IMG/VR virus record: IMGVR_UViG_3300024259_001623
DNA: 64,000 nt
Strand: one strand, 5' to 3'
Source: a virus
Lineage: Duplodnaviria; Caudoviricetes
This document shows positions 9,317 to 18,328 of this stretch, piece by piece; position 1 is the stretch's first letter; each line of letters begins with the position of its first letter. A program made the translations under genes and the position numbers. The notes under the pieces are model-generated. The model had not been told where the DNA came from and ran no database searches. It saw only the letters and a program-made list of their open reading frames with translations.

Positions 9317-9742
9317 CTATTCCTTTCCAAGTAACATTCTTAGATCGTATAAAGAATAACTCATATCTAAGTTTTCACTAATAAGTCTCCGCGCTCGTTC
9401 CAATTGCTCAGGGTCTTTTGCATACTTTCTTTTATAAAACTCTATGATTGTCGGGATTTTTACCTCAACAGTTTTGATATTAGTTTCAACAACAACTTCG
9501 ACTACTTCTGTATCATTTGGATCAAAATAATGAGTAGGAGTTTCATAATTGGCGTTGTACCATCTTGTAGAATTATGCCTAACCCATTCTGCATTAATGG
9601 CTTCATCTACCAACCACATTTCATCTTCTGTTCCATCTAATATATGTTGAATATCGCAGGCATCTCCAGAATTGGGATTCCTATAGACTCCAAGAACCTT
9701 ATCAGTTTTTTTATGTCGTAATCCGAATTTTGTTACTTTCAT
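9317..9742 (-). CDS. hypothetical phage protein
   Basis: 141 aa. Confidence 0.6.
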   Translation of the reverse strand: MKVTKFGLRHKKTDKVLGVYRNPNSGDACDIQHILDGTEDEMWLVDEAINAEWVRHNSTRWYNANYETPTHYFDPNDTEVVEVVVETNIKTVEVKIPTIIEFYKRKYAKDPEQLERARRLISENLDMSYSLYDLRMLLGKE

Positions 9743-9746
9743 TTTA

Positions 9747-10217
9747 TTATTCCCGCAAAAAATCTAAAGCCTTTTTGTATTTCTTTCTTAATCTATCTTG
9801 CGTCTTTTGATCTAACTTCGACAATCTTTCTTCGCTTGTGTTGTGTGCGATATCGGCGAATTTAACATCTAAAGCGATAGGATTCGCTTTAACTCTGGCA
9901 AGGTAATCCATATAACTCTCGCCTTTTCTATGAGTTATAGCGTCTACCGCACCAGCAATATCTTTTCCAAAGTAATGCTGTATGACTGCCAAATCCATAT
10001 CAGTATCTTCTACGGTATCATGCAGCAACGCAACAGTCGATCTTTTAGAACCAATCTCAAAGCTTTGCGAGACAGCAATGGGATGGAAAATATAAGGTAC
10101 TCCAGATTTATCTATCTGGCCTTCATGGGCCAACTCTGCACTTTGCAAGGAATAGATATATAATTGTATCTTTTTATGTCCTGCAATAACTAATTGTCGT
10201 TTTTCTTCTTTATCCAT
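9747..10217 (-). CDS. stand-alone HD-domain hydrolase of the RelA/SpoT (Mesh1-like) type
   Basis: AH.GQ.DKSG.PYI.HP, ALLHDTVEDT, VK.AD..HN motifs. Confidence 0.85.
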   Translation of the reverse strand: MDKEEKRQLVIAGHKKIQLYIYSLQSAELAHEGQIDKSGVPYIFHPIAVSQSFEIGSKRSTVALLHDTVEDTDMDLAVIQHYFGKDIAGAVDAITHRKGESYMDYLARVKANPIALDVKFADIAHNTSEERLSKLDQKTQDRLRKKYKKALDFLRE

Positions 10218-10221
10218 AATA

Positions 10222-10464
10222 TCACTTTTTCAAACTCTTTACACTCTTTTCTATTTCTATATCTTTGTATAGACGAACAATCGAATCATATTCCGAACAT
10301 GTAACTTTATCATCTTCTAAAGCTTTTTGTATTTTATTATCTAATTTTATATCGTATTTCTTTAAAGACGCTAGACTATCGTATTGTTCAGGACTGGCTT
10401 CTTTTAGAACAGTAGCATAAGTTCCAAAAACAATAAGACCAAAAATAACAATTGGAATACTAAT
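10222..10464 (-). pseudogene. unannotated fifth 'DGKI' paralog lacking a canonical start codon
   Basis: open frame WISIPIVIFGLIVFG...QYDSL...IQKALEDDKVTCSEYDSI...KK*; no ATG/GTG/TTG after the upstream in-frame TAA. Confidence 0.6.
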
Positions 10465-10774
10465 CCAGCCTACCCTGCAAACGCTTTATACTCTTTTCTG
10501 ACATTATCTCGGTGTGTAAGTCGTGAATGTCACGACATTCCGACCATGGTACTTTGCCATCATCCAATGCTTCCTGAATCGCTGTATCTAGTCTTTTATC
10601 CTGCGTTTTCAGGGACTCCAAGGTGACGTAATGAGCGGGACTTATCTCTCCCCAAATGCAAGTATAACCTACTACCAACCAAATAGGACTAGTCATAGCT
10701 ACAACGGCTATAATGAACACTGTCCAGTAAACAATCATGTTAGTCAAAGAAGTTTGTTTTCTTTTTCTTTTCAT
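10460..10774 (-). CDS. single-TM 'DGKI' family protein
   Basis: TM, then IQEALDDGKV. Confidence 0.7.
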   Translation of the reverse strand: MKRKRKQTSLTNMIVYWTVFIIAVVAMTSPIWLVVGYTCIWGEISPAHYVTLESLKTQDKRLDTAIQEALDDGKVPWSECRDIHDLHTEIMSEKSIKRLQGRLD

Positions 10775-11046
10775 TTTGTTTTCTTGCTATTTTCTACTAG
10801 TTTACGTTTTGAACGTGTTTTGTCAAAATTAACGATTTCTCTATATTCTTCTCTGCTTATTTTTCCATCGCTCATACATTCATCTATCTTATTTTTGACT
10901 GCTTCATCATTTTGTGACACTGTATAAAGATGGTCATAAAAATGATTTGGGATTTCTGAAGATTCCATGTGGCAACAAAAGCCAACCACTACCAGTATGA
11001 TTCCCACGGCAACGGCAACAAGTGTAAAGTTATTCTTGTATTTCAT
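10771..11046 (-). CDS. single-TM 'DGKI' family protein
   Basis: TM, then NDEAVKNKIDECMSDGKISREEYREI. Confidence 0.75.
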   Translation of the reverse strand: MKYKNNFTLVAVAVGIILVVVGFCCHMESSEIPNHFYDHLYTVSQNDEAVKNKIDECMSDGKISREEYREIVNFDKTRSKRKLVENSKKTK

Positions 11047-11358
11047 CTACTTATCCTTACCAGAAAGTTTTTTCTTTACTCCATCTTTATCGTTTTCGTA
11101 ATCAAAAAGTTTGATTTCACGATACTCTGCAAAAGATATCTTTCCATCGCTCATACATTCGGCAATTTTATCTTTGACTGCTTCATTGTCATCAGCCAGT
11201 GCAGACAATTCATCATAACTGCTCTTGGATATTTCAGATTTTTTCAAGTTGTCAACACATCCATCAATCCCGATTATAAGTAATATAGCCGCAATAATAA
11301 AAACAATTACCAAAAATATATTACCTTTTGTTTCTGATCTCATTTTTATTCGTCCCAT
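11047..11358 (-). CDS. single-TM 'DGKI' family protein
   Basis: TM, then NEAVKDKIAECMSDGKISFAEYREI. Confidence 0.75.
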   Translation of the reverse strand: MGRIKMRSETKGNIFLVIVFIIAAILLIIGIDGCVDNLKKSEISKSSYDELSALADDNEAVKDKIAECMSDGKISFAEYREIKLFDYENDKDGVKKKLSGKDK

Positions 11359-11376
11359 TTCGTTTCCTTTTTAAGC

Positions 11377-11439
11377 AATAGATTGAATCTACCCAGAGAC
11401 CCGATCATACTCAGGCCCCTGGGATAGACTTAATCTATT
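11377..11439. other. long intergenic hairpin
   Basis: aatagatt/aatctatt outer stem with tcta/taga and cccag/ctggg inner stems. Confidence 0.5.
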
Positions 11440-11441
11440 AT

Positions 11442-11735
11442 TTACTTGACTGGACATACAGCAAGGTACGCGTCCCAAATGGTCTTGCGAGTATTCTTGC
11501 TCTTGCTCCACTTCTTAGCCGCGCGAGTCAAAGAAACCTTACGCCCCGCCTGCTTATTAAACTGATCCTTGTGATGCTGCATCGCCGTACCTCTGGCAAC
11601 TGGCGTATATCGCTCACTACCGACCTTATTAGGATCGATACGAGAAATCTTACACTCGGTTTCCATCCTACCATTGGCATTCGCAACATACTTAAACCTA
11701 ATGTCATACTCATTACCGCTAACGTTGAACTTCAT
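11442..11735 (-). CDS. conserved-type phage hypothetical protein
   Basis: G.A..H.KDQFNK..GRK.SL.RA motif typical of small phage proteins. Confidence 0.65.
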   Translation of the reverse strand: MKFNVSGNEYDIRFKYVANANGRMETECKISRIDPNKVGSERYTPVARGTAMQHHKDQFNKQAGRKVSLTRAAKKWSKSKNTRKTIWDAYLAVCPVK

Positions 11736-11811
11736 CTTACTTCTCCTATAAAAATGTTTTATTGTCTCGTCTTAGTTCCACTCTTTTTTCAGCTTCTTGT
11801 CAGGGATAATT

Positions 11812-12339
11812 TTATTTGAAAACCCCGAATTTCTCTAATGCTGCCAAAGCTAAATCGCATTCTTCTAATAGAGCCAACTTATGTGGAGTATAGCCACTAT
11901 TATCTTTCATCTTAGGATCAGCATTTTCTTTTAACAACTGTAGAATCTTATCTGCATCATCTGATAAGACGGCCAAATGCAATTTCGTTCTACCGTAATC
12001 CCCCTTTTCGTCAATAGACGAAATAGTTTCCATTTCATCATCAGAAAATACTTCTCTACTTTCGTAATATCTTTGCCAACGTAGGATTCTATCTTCCACA
12101 GATTCTTCTGGTGCAATCTTCATCTGATCCATAACCTCAAGGTTCTTATCTCCTTGAGTATCGTGGAACGTATCAAATTCCCATTCATCTTCTTCATGTT
12201 TAAAGAAAGGGTCTAAAAAATGACTCTCACCATACTTCTTCTTTAAAATGTTTAAGATACGATCCCTATGGTAAACAGAATAGTTTCTACGTTTCAGTCC
12301 TCTTGATACGCAGGACAAAAACTTATGAGTTGCGTTCAT
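11812..12339 (-). CDS. ankyrin-repeat protein
   Basis: GRTKLHLAV...LLKENADP...DNSGYTPHKLA. Confidence 0.8.
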   Translation of the reverse strand: MNATHKFLSCVSRGLKRRNYSVYHRDRILNILKKKYGESHFLDPFFKHEEDEWEFDTFHDTQGDKNLEVMDQMKIAPEESVEDRILRWQRYYESREVFSDDEMETISSIDEKGDYGRTKLHLAVLSDDADKILQLLKENADPKMKDNSGYTPHKLALLEECDLALAALEKFGVFK

Positions 12340-12425
12340 AATTTCTCCATATAAAAAATCTGCCGGAAGAGAATAGAATTATTCCAATTTACTATAATTC
12401 TAACTCTCCCGGCAGGGGCAACAGG

Positions 12426-14096
12426 CTATATTTTACCGAGAATAAAATCGCTAACCATTTGAGGCGTTGCAGTATCGAAACCTACAACGTTCAACGAGTT
12501 ACGATCTTCGTTGTCAGTGATGCTATAAGGATTAGCTAACATACCACAAGCAATCATCTTAGCATCGTTTCTTCTTTTCTTACTGTCCCGATACAACTTC
12601 AAAGACCGATCTACATGAGTCTCGCCAGCCCAAGTCTCCATATCAGAGAGAATAACAAAAGCATCAACATCTACATTCTTACTCTTTGCCCAATTGGTAG
12701 CGATAGCTGCATCGGTGCCACCAAAGTTGCTCATCTGGGCCTTCTTCATTGCAGTCTGAATCGAATCCTTGGCAGTAATCTTCAAGTCTACCAAATTATG
12801 AGCGAAGCCCATGATATGATAGTTAGGTTCGGTTCTGGCAAAGACCATAGCCATTGCAGCAGCAGCAACGCAAGGACTCATATTACGGATACCAGATACT
12901 TCACCGCCAGCCATAGAACCAGAAACATCAACCGCCAAAAGGATATTCTTACCAGTTGGCTCAACATTCTTGAAGGACAGATAAAAAGCATCGTCCAACG
13001 CATCAAGAATCTGAGGAACTGGCTCATAACCTAACGAAGTAGGATAACCCCAATACGAATGGGTAAACTGATTGCTATAGGCACACATCGCTGCTAATAC
13101 GCTCAAAGGATGAATTCTGGCCTTATGCAACACTTCCTCATTTCTCAAAGTCTCACAAACATACTTTGTAGACGAGGATAGCGGAGTCAAAACGCCTGCC
13201 TTTGTCATATTACGGATATTACGAATCATAGCAGTCATTGGCATACCATCCAGCAATGCCTTCCATACCTTCTTATCATAAAGAGTATTAGGTACGCTCT
13301 CACGAACCAAACCATACTTCTTAATCATAGAAACCATTTCCTTGCTATCATCTACAGTCTTAGCAGTCTCATGTGCCCAGATATATCTAGTGGCATCATT
13401 CTTCTCCAACTTCGCAAACTGGACCTTGGTGAATCCCTTTCTTCCCTTAACGATATACTTCAAAACGGTTTGCATATCCTTACTACCGGGGATCAAGTGG
13501 ATTTTACGCAGCAAATCTCTATGCGACCAAGACGCTTCGCCTTCTACCTTACGCTGAGGATACTTACAAGCCTGGAATGCTACGGAATTAGGAGTCTTAC
13601 TGGTATACCAACTACCAATAGCCTTACGCAAACCTCTACCCCATCCTCTCATTTGGTCTACATAAGTCACGAAACTGAACAAATATGTTCCGATACGACA
13701 GACCTTGTTTAAGTTATCCAAAGCGTACTTACGAATCTCGTCATTATCGCAAGAAGCTGCTAAAGCCATAACAAAGATAGCAGGATCATTCTTGGCTGCA
13801 CGACCTTCATTAGAAACTGCGATAGTTTCGTCAATAGCAGCCATTCCGCCTTCGGTAGTCTTAAACAGCTTAGTTACATTCTTGGCGTTTTCCTTAGCGA
13901 ACTTTTTCTTACCAACATAAAAAGTTCCGCCATCAGAACCAAGAATTAAGAACCTACGAAGATGCTCTAACCGATCAACAGAATAAACATACCCACCGGC
14001 GTTATTCTTGACTTGACGCTTGTTCGCTCTCTGAGTCTGAGGAACGTCTACGTTACGTGAAGCTAAACCACTATCCTTAACAATATTCTTAGCCAT
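12426..14096 (-). CDS. rsr: Ro60/TROVE-domain RNA-binding protein with C-terminal vWA domain
   Basis: NNAGGYVY, L.RFLILGSDGGTFY, KY.QR..WSHRDLLR..H, MP.TAMIRN, vWA MIDAS AVDVSGSM, GGTD, DAFVILSD.ET, VGFD. Confidence 0.95.
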   Translation of the reverse strand: MAKNIVKDSGLASRNVDVPQTQRANKRQVKNNAGGYVYSVDRLEHLRRFLILGSDGGTFYVGKKKFAKENAKNVTKLFKTTEGGMAAIDETIAVSNEGRAAKNDPAIFVMALAASCDNDEIRKYALDNLNKVCRIGTYLFSFVTYVDQMRGWGRGLRKAIGSWYTSKTPNSVAFQACKYPQRKVEGEASWSHRDLLRKIHLIPGSKDMQTVLKYIVKGRKGFTKVQFAKLEKNDATRYIWAHETAKTVDDSKEMVSMIKKYGLVRESVPNTLYDKKVWKALLDGMPMTAMIRNIRNMTKAGVLTPLSSSTKYVCETLRNEEVLHKARIHPLSVLAAMCAYSNQFTHSYWGYPTSLGYEPVPQILDALDDAFYLSFKNVEPTGKNILLAVDVSGSMAGGEVSGIRNMSPCVAAAAMAMVFARTEPNYHIMGFAHNLVDLKITAKDSIQTAMKKAQMSNFGGTDAAIATNWAKSKNVDVDAFVILSDMETWAGETHVDRSLKLYRDSKKRRNDAKMIACGMLANPYSITDNEDRNSLNVVGFDTATPQMVSDFILGKI

Positions 14097-14141
14097 TTTT
14101 CATCTCCCTTTTATAGTTATATCCCAAAATTTTTATAAATT

Positions 14142-14270
14142 ACTAGGTAAGTTAGTAGCATGGTTATATGCCCCCGTTCTATCATTAAACTATATCGCCG
14201 CTATTGCGACGACACCAGGAATCAAACCTGATTTTGGGGTTTATGGATAACCCAATGCCTTCGACCCAGT
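14142..14270 (-). ncRNA. Y RNA, YrlA-type with permuted tRNA module (unit 1)
   Basis: 5' ACUGGGUCGAA / 3' CUUACCUAGU stem with bulged C; T arm TCAGG-TTTGATT-CCTGG, loop-closed acceptor-like stem, D arm. Confidence 0.85.
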
Positions 14271-14290
14271 TATGTTCTTCTATATAAAAT

Positions 14291-14423
14291 ACTAGGTAAG
14301 TTATTAGTATGGTTGATATTACTGACGCTCTGCCGTTGAGCTATATACCGGCTTTGCCGATATAGCAGGATTCGAACCTACAACCTTCAGTTCCGGTTGA
14401 TAAACCAATACATTCGACCCAGT
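14291..14423 (-). ncRNA. Y RNA, YrlA-type (unit 2)
   Basis: same terminal stem; GTAGG-TTCGAAT-CCTGC, TATATCGGC-AAA-GCCGGTATA, GCTC-AACGGCA-GAGC. Confidence 0.9.
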
Positions 14424-14461
14424 TATTTTCTTCTTTTTTATCCCTTATATTTTTATAAAAT

Positions 14462-14589
14462 ACTAGGTAAGTTGTTGGAATGGTATAATGCTCTGCCAAT
14501 TGAGCTATGTCGCTACATTGTAACGACAATGGGAATCGAACCCATAACCTTCTCATTAAAAGTGATAAACCATATCCATTCGACCCAGT
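14462..14589 (-). ncRNA. Y RNA, YrlA-type (unit 3)
   Basis: same terminal stem; ATGGG-TTCGATT-CCCAT, TGTCGTTAC-AAT-GTAGCGACA, GCTC-AATTGGCA-GAGC. Confidence 0.9.
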
Positions 14590-14713
14590 TATTTTCTTTT
14601 AAAGCAAAAAATAAGTTGCCTAACAAATTAATATTAAGCAACTTATCCTTTTTTAAGCACCCGACGCCCTCTTACACCAATACATTTCCGAACGAGTCGT
14701 CACAGTTTATAAA

Positions 14714-14782
14714 AAAAGGCAAGTTAGTGTCAATAGCGTAGTGATCATTAAAAGTGATAAGCTATCGAAATTCGGCCCTTTA
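14714..14782 (-). ncRNA. minimal Y-like RNA (unit 4)
   Basis: AAGGGCCGAA / CUUGCCUUU stem with bulged C, TTATC motif, no tRNA module. Confidence 0.7.
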
Positions 14783-14798
14783 TTTTTCTATTTTATAT

Positions 14799-14879
14799 AA
14801 AAGGATAAGTTTACGTTAATAGTTTTATTGGTTTTGATCTCTTAAATCATAATTGATAAACTATCAACTTCGACCCTTT
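14799..14879 (-). ncRNA. minimal Y-like RNA (unit 5)
   Basis: AAAGGGUCGAA / CUUAUCCUUU, GATAGTTT/AAACTATT upper stem, TTATC. Confidence 0.7.
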
Positions 14880-14975
14880 ACTTTCTAAGTTAATACCTAT
14901 TTTTTTATTTATAGGTCTTTTGACGTTAGGTATCAAACGCCCGGTAGCGAACCGGCTGACCTCCATTCTAAAACA

Positions 14976-15042
14976 AAAAGGCAAGTTATTATTAATAGTT
15001 ATTTTTATCCCTTTGATGATAAACTATTAAATTCGGCCCTTT
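14976..15042 (-). ncRNA. minimal Y-like RNA (unit 6)
   Basis: AAGGGCCGAA / CUUGCCUUU, TTAATAGTT/AACTATTAA, TTATC. Confidence 0.7.
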
Positions 15043-15110
15043 AAAAAATCTCGGTTCCTACACCGTCATATAGACGGGAGAAGAAAATTCGAGATCATTT
15101 CTTCAAAAGA

Positions 15111-15280
15111 TAATATGAGGCGGCTCTAGGAAAAATTAAAAAACCTGAAACCTATTATCCAAACCTTACATCGGCTCCTGTCAACTGTTCTCTCCTGGTA
15201 AGGAGCCTACGATACAAACCAAACCGACTCAACTTTGCAATAAAACAAACTTTATGAAAAGAAAGAGCCGCCTCATATTA
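15111..15280 (-). ncRNA. candidate 170-nt rod-shaped RNA with large central bubble
   Basis: 17-bp perfect inverted repeat TAATATGAGGCGGCTCT at the ends; internal GGCTCCT/AGGAGCC hairpin. Confidence 0.5.
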
Positions 15281-15282
15281 AA

Positions 15283-15379
15283 CGAAGACCGCTGGATTCG
15301 AACCAACAACCTCAAGGGCTAATCCTTAGTCCCAACAACCTTTTTTGCCCTTGCGCTCTGCCAATTGAGCTACATCTTC
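15283..15379 (-). ncRNA. tRNA-like RNA with expanded anticodon loop
   Basis: acceptor GAAGATG/GGTCTTC, D GCTC/GAGC, T GTTGG-TTCGAAT-CCAGC; stem CAAGGGC/GCCCTTG closes a 27-nt loop. Confidence 0.75.
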
Positions 15380-15385
15380 TTATAA

Positions 15386-15452
15386 ATCGGATTAGGTTTG
15401 TCCGTAGGGGGCTTTCATTCTCTATATGATAACCTACAAACTTCGACCCGAT
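15386..15452 (-). ncRNA. minimal Y-like RNA (unit 7)
   Basis: AUCGGGUCGAA / AAUCCGAU terminal stem, GTAGG/CCTAC upper stem, TTATC. Confidence 0.65.
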
Positions 15453-15457
15453 GTTAT

Positions 15458-15486
15458 ATTATAGTATCGCGTTATCAGAAACGCAA
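15458..15486 (-). promoter_or_regulatory. sigma70-type promoter heading the Y RNA array-Ro60 unit
   Basis: TTGCGT-N17-TATAAT, about 5 nt before unit 7. Confidence 0.7.
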
Positions 15487-15496
15487 CAACTTTTTT

Positions 15497-15907
15497 TCAA
15501 CTTTCTTCGCTTTCGCCTCCATACTCAAAATTGGAAAACTCTTCAGGGAGATTATCGTTAGTCTCAACCACTTCCATGACAAAAACATTAAAAGCGTCAA
15601 GTTCACAAAACGCTTTCATAAAAGCAGTCAAATTATTTCTCATCAGTTGATAAATGCACCCCAGAATAAGATGATTATAATACAGATCATCTCCAAATTT
15701 ATTTTGTATCTTTTGTATATCTCTGGCAACATCTGCCCTGGTAATAGAATTACCAGTAGAAGTCATTTCGTTGCCTCTCACAAAATCATGGTGATAGGTA
15801 AATGGAACCCTACCATATATAATACCAGGAATATCAGACAACTTCAGCCAAGCTACCAATTCTTCTACCAAATGATGTTTTTTAATTTCTTTCATTTTAG
15901 TCTCCAT
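15497..15907 (-). CDS. hypothetical protein
   Basis: ORF track 15497-15982 trimmed to METKMKEIKK because its 5' part overlaps tRNA-Leu. Confidence 0.55.
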   Translation of the reverse strand: METKMKEIKKHHLVEELVAWLKLSDIPGIIYGRVPFTYHHDFVRGNEMTSTGNSITRADVARDIQKIQNKFGDDLYYNHLILGCIYQLMRNNLTAFMKAFCELDAFNVFVMEVVETNDNLPEEFSNFEYGGESEES

Positions 15908-15916
15908 ACTGTTAAT

Positions 15917-15999
15917 ACTCCCTCCCGGGATCGAACCGGGACACCCGAAGGTACAGGTGCCTAAAACCTGTGCGTCTGCCATTTATTCCGCCAAGGGAG
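15917..15999 (-). tRNA. tRNA-Leu(UAG)
   Basis: GCGGAA...GGCAGACGC D arm, CAGGT-TT TAG GC-ACCTG, long variable arm. Confidence 0.8.
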
Positions 16000-16204
16000 C
16001 TTATATTACTCCACCAAAAAATAACTGCTGTTTCAGGGAGATCAAGAAGGCAACGCCCAACGCATGAACCTTTTGAACCGACTTTCCTTTTTAGTCATGT
16101 CGAAGTAAATCCTGAAAGGTGCTAGACATTTCTTCTGAGTCACCACTAATCTCAGCGTAAACTCTTTTTTCTACCAATTCAATGAATTTCATCTATATTA
16201 TCCT

Positions 16205-16651
16205 TTATTTAAACTCTTTGGGAATATATTCTAATTTTAGCATTATTGCAACTGTATAACCACCCAAATGTCTCCATACAACATCTAGATAATCTTTAAA
16301 AGTTGGATAAAGATTTTCTTTTGGTGCTATTTTCTTATCTGTGCCTTCATCCGATATCTTCCCCCCGAATTGCAGAGCTACTTCATTAATGATAGAATGA
16401 TCTACCCACCAAATAAAATTCCCGCCGCCACCATGTCTCATTTCAAAATGTTTTTCGCCTTCTAGCCAGCAAATTCTACTCTCATTAATTTGTGGACATT
16501 TAATAGTCCAGACATGATCTGCAAAACCATCTTCTGAGTATTCTACCGTGAGAGTATTTTTAAACTTATCTTTAATAAGCCTATTAATTAGTTCAGTAAT
16601 TTGTTCTGGATCAATTTTCTTACGAGTTTTCACCCAAGCATGATTAGCCAT
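16205..16651 (-). CDS. hypothetical protein
   Basis: 148 aa, coupled to the ligase C-fragment. Confidence 0.65.
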   Translation of the reverse strand: MANHAWVKTRKKIDPEQITELINRLIKDKFKNTLTVEYSEDGFADHVWTIKCPQINESRICWLEGEKHFEMRHGGGGNFIWWVDHSIINEVALQFGGKISDEGTDKKIAPKENLYPTFKDYLDVVWRHLGGYTVAIMLKLEYIPKEFK

Positions 16652-17262
16652 TATTCTTCTATCCCATTTTTTATAATCTTTTCATATCGCCAATGACAAC
16701 TTGTTTGTACATGATTGGCTCTTACATATTTTGCTAATGATCTCTGGAAGTCTCCATACGAAAAACTATCAACCAGTCTAACAACATATCCTTCACATTC
16801 ATCATTGTTATGTTCTTTTTCAAATAACTCTTTTATCTTGTCAACGTCCCAGATGCCTCTATACAGTTCAGGGACAACTGATACCCCTAAAACATCTGCC
16901 CATTCTACCATATCATCCCAACTCAAACATTCATTCTTATCATTCCATATACTAAACAGATAAAAATACGATTTTAGATTTTTATAGTGAATAGAATGTT
17001 TGGCAAATAGGTTCTCTCCACAGAATCTCCAACCATCTGGAATCTCATAAGATATTTTAGAATGAAGATTCTTTACCCAACCTCTGGATGGATGAGAAGC
17101 TCCGAAAATAGATCGAGCGTGTAAATAGTCTTTATACATAGAACAATTATGTACTAATATTCCATTGGCAAAAAAATTATTATTACCACTGACGGATATA
17201 TCATATAATTTTGATTTATTAGATATTTTCTTTATTTTTTTGATTTTTACTTTTTTCAACAT
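16651..17262 (-). CDS. split-intein C-part (39 aa) fused to C-terminal half of an RNA ligase
   Basis: LYDISV.GNNNFFANGILVHN/C splice junction, then ligase motifs CGENL, FYLFSIW, VVP.LY.G, EGYVVR, KYVR. Confidence 0.9.
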   Translation of the reverse strand: MLKKVKIKKIKKISNKSKLYDISVSGNNNFFANGILVHNCSMYKDYLHARSIFGASHPSRGWVKNLHSKISYEIPDGWRFCGENLFAKHSIHYKNLKSYFYLFSIWNDKNECLSWDDMVEWADVLGVSVVPELYRGIWDVDKIKELFEKEHNNDECEGYVVRLVDSFSYGDFQRSLAKYVRANHVQTSCHWRYEKIIKNGIEE

Positions 17263-18271
17263 TTTTTAACCTATCTAATAATAATTCCATTAACTCACAA
17301 TCATCAATGGCTTTCATCTCTTTTTCCCATATATAAATAACAAAATAATTATATTTTTCTGCTATTGCATTTTTTAGAGAATCTTTTTTCCAAACCTCTC
17401 CTGCTTTTATGATACCATTAGGAAACTTTAAAATATCATCTTTTTTATAAATTTCAGGATTAGCGTGCCAATAGTCACCATTAATTTCTAAAATTATTCT
17501 TGTTTTATTTATTTTGAAATCGAAACTTTTTCTATTTATCCAAAATTGTCTAGTAAAACCGATATTAAGTTCTTCTAAAACATTAGAAATTCTTGTTTCA
17601 AGCTTACTAGAGAAATTATGAACAAAGTTTTTACATCTTTTCTGTATTATAATATTCTTTTGCTCATCTGATAAGTTTTTCCAATATTTTTTATATCCAT
17701 CGTGTAACTTATCCATCCTAATCTTTTTATCTTCTGGCGAAATTATTTGCCAGTGATCATTCATTTTTCCATATCTATTAGGAAGCGATTTTTTACCGTA
17801 ATTCTCTAACATATAGTCATGCAACCATGAATAATATTCTTCAGACTTCCATATATTATCTACTCCATAATTTTTCAAAAAAGTTTGTTTCTTTTTATCT
17901 TGTATATCTTTTGATTTAGAAACATTATCAACACCATATTTCTTTTCGCATGTATTCTTATATTTTTGTCTAGTCCTTATCGTAGACGTTGCCTCTCTTT
18001 TGGTCCTTTTATCAATGCCGAAATATTTTAATAAAAATTGACTTTGTACAAAATTAAGTCCATATTCTTGTAAAAAATCTGTTAAACTCCAAAACTCATT
18101 AATGTATTTATTTTTAAAATCTTCTTTATCAAATATATTTTTCTTATCAAAACATATTTGTTTAAATCTTAATTCCTGTTTATCTAAATTGATATTGTTT
18201 TTTTTAGCACAAAAATAAATATGACGAGAATTTCTTTTGTTAATTTGTTCTTTACATATAAAGCATTCCAT
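17219..18271 (-). mobile_element. free-standing Vsr/DUF559-like homing endonuclease inside the fractured ligase gene
   Basis: KYGVDN repeats, SKLE..I, FDF.I, ILEINGDYWH, VIYIWEKE; lies between the two split-intein halves. Confidence 0.8.
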
Positions 18272-18328
18272 AGAGTTATCTCCTTTTTATTACTATTCAA
18301 CAATAAAAATGGAGATTCCTCTATTTTA

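Noticed and set aside
14341-14556. ORFs overlapping RNA genes (also 7297-7482, 28094-28297, 45658-45849)
   Set aside because: They are translations of tRNA or Y RNA sequence (e.g. VRFP, GSNP-type words) with no protein features.
14142-14589. CRISPR array (conserved flanks with variable interiors)
   Set aside because: The conserved parts are the two strands of one helix, and the interiors are folded tRNA modules of unequal length; there are no identical repeats and no cas genes.
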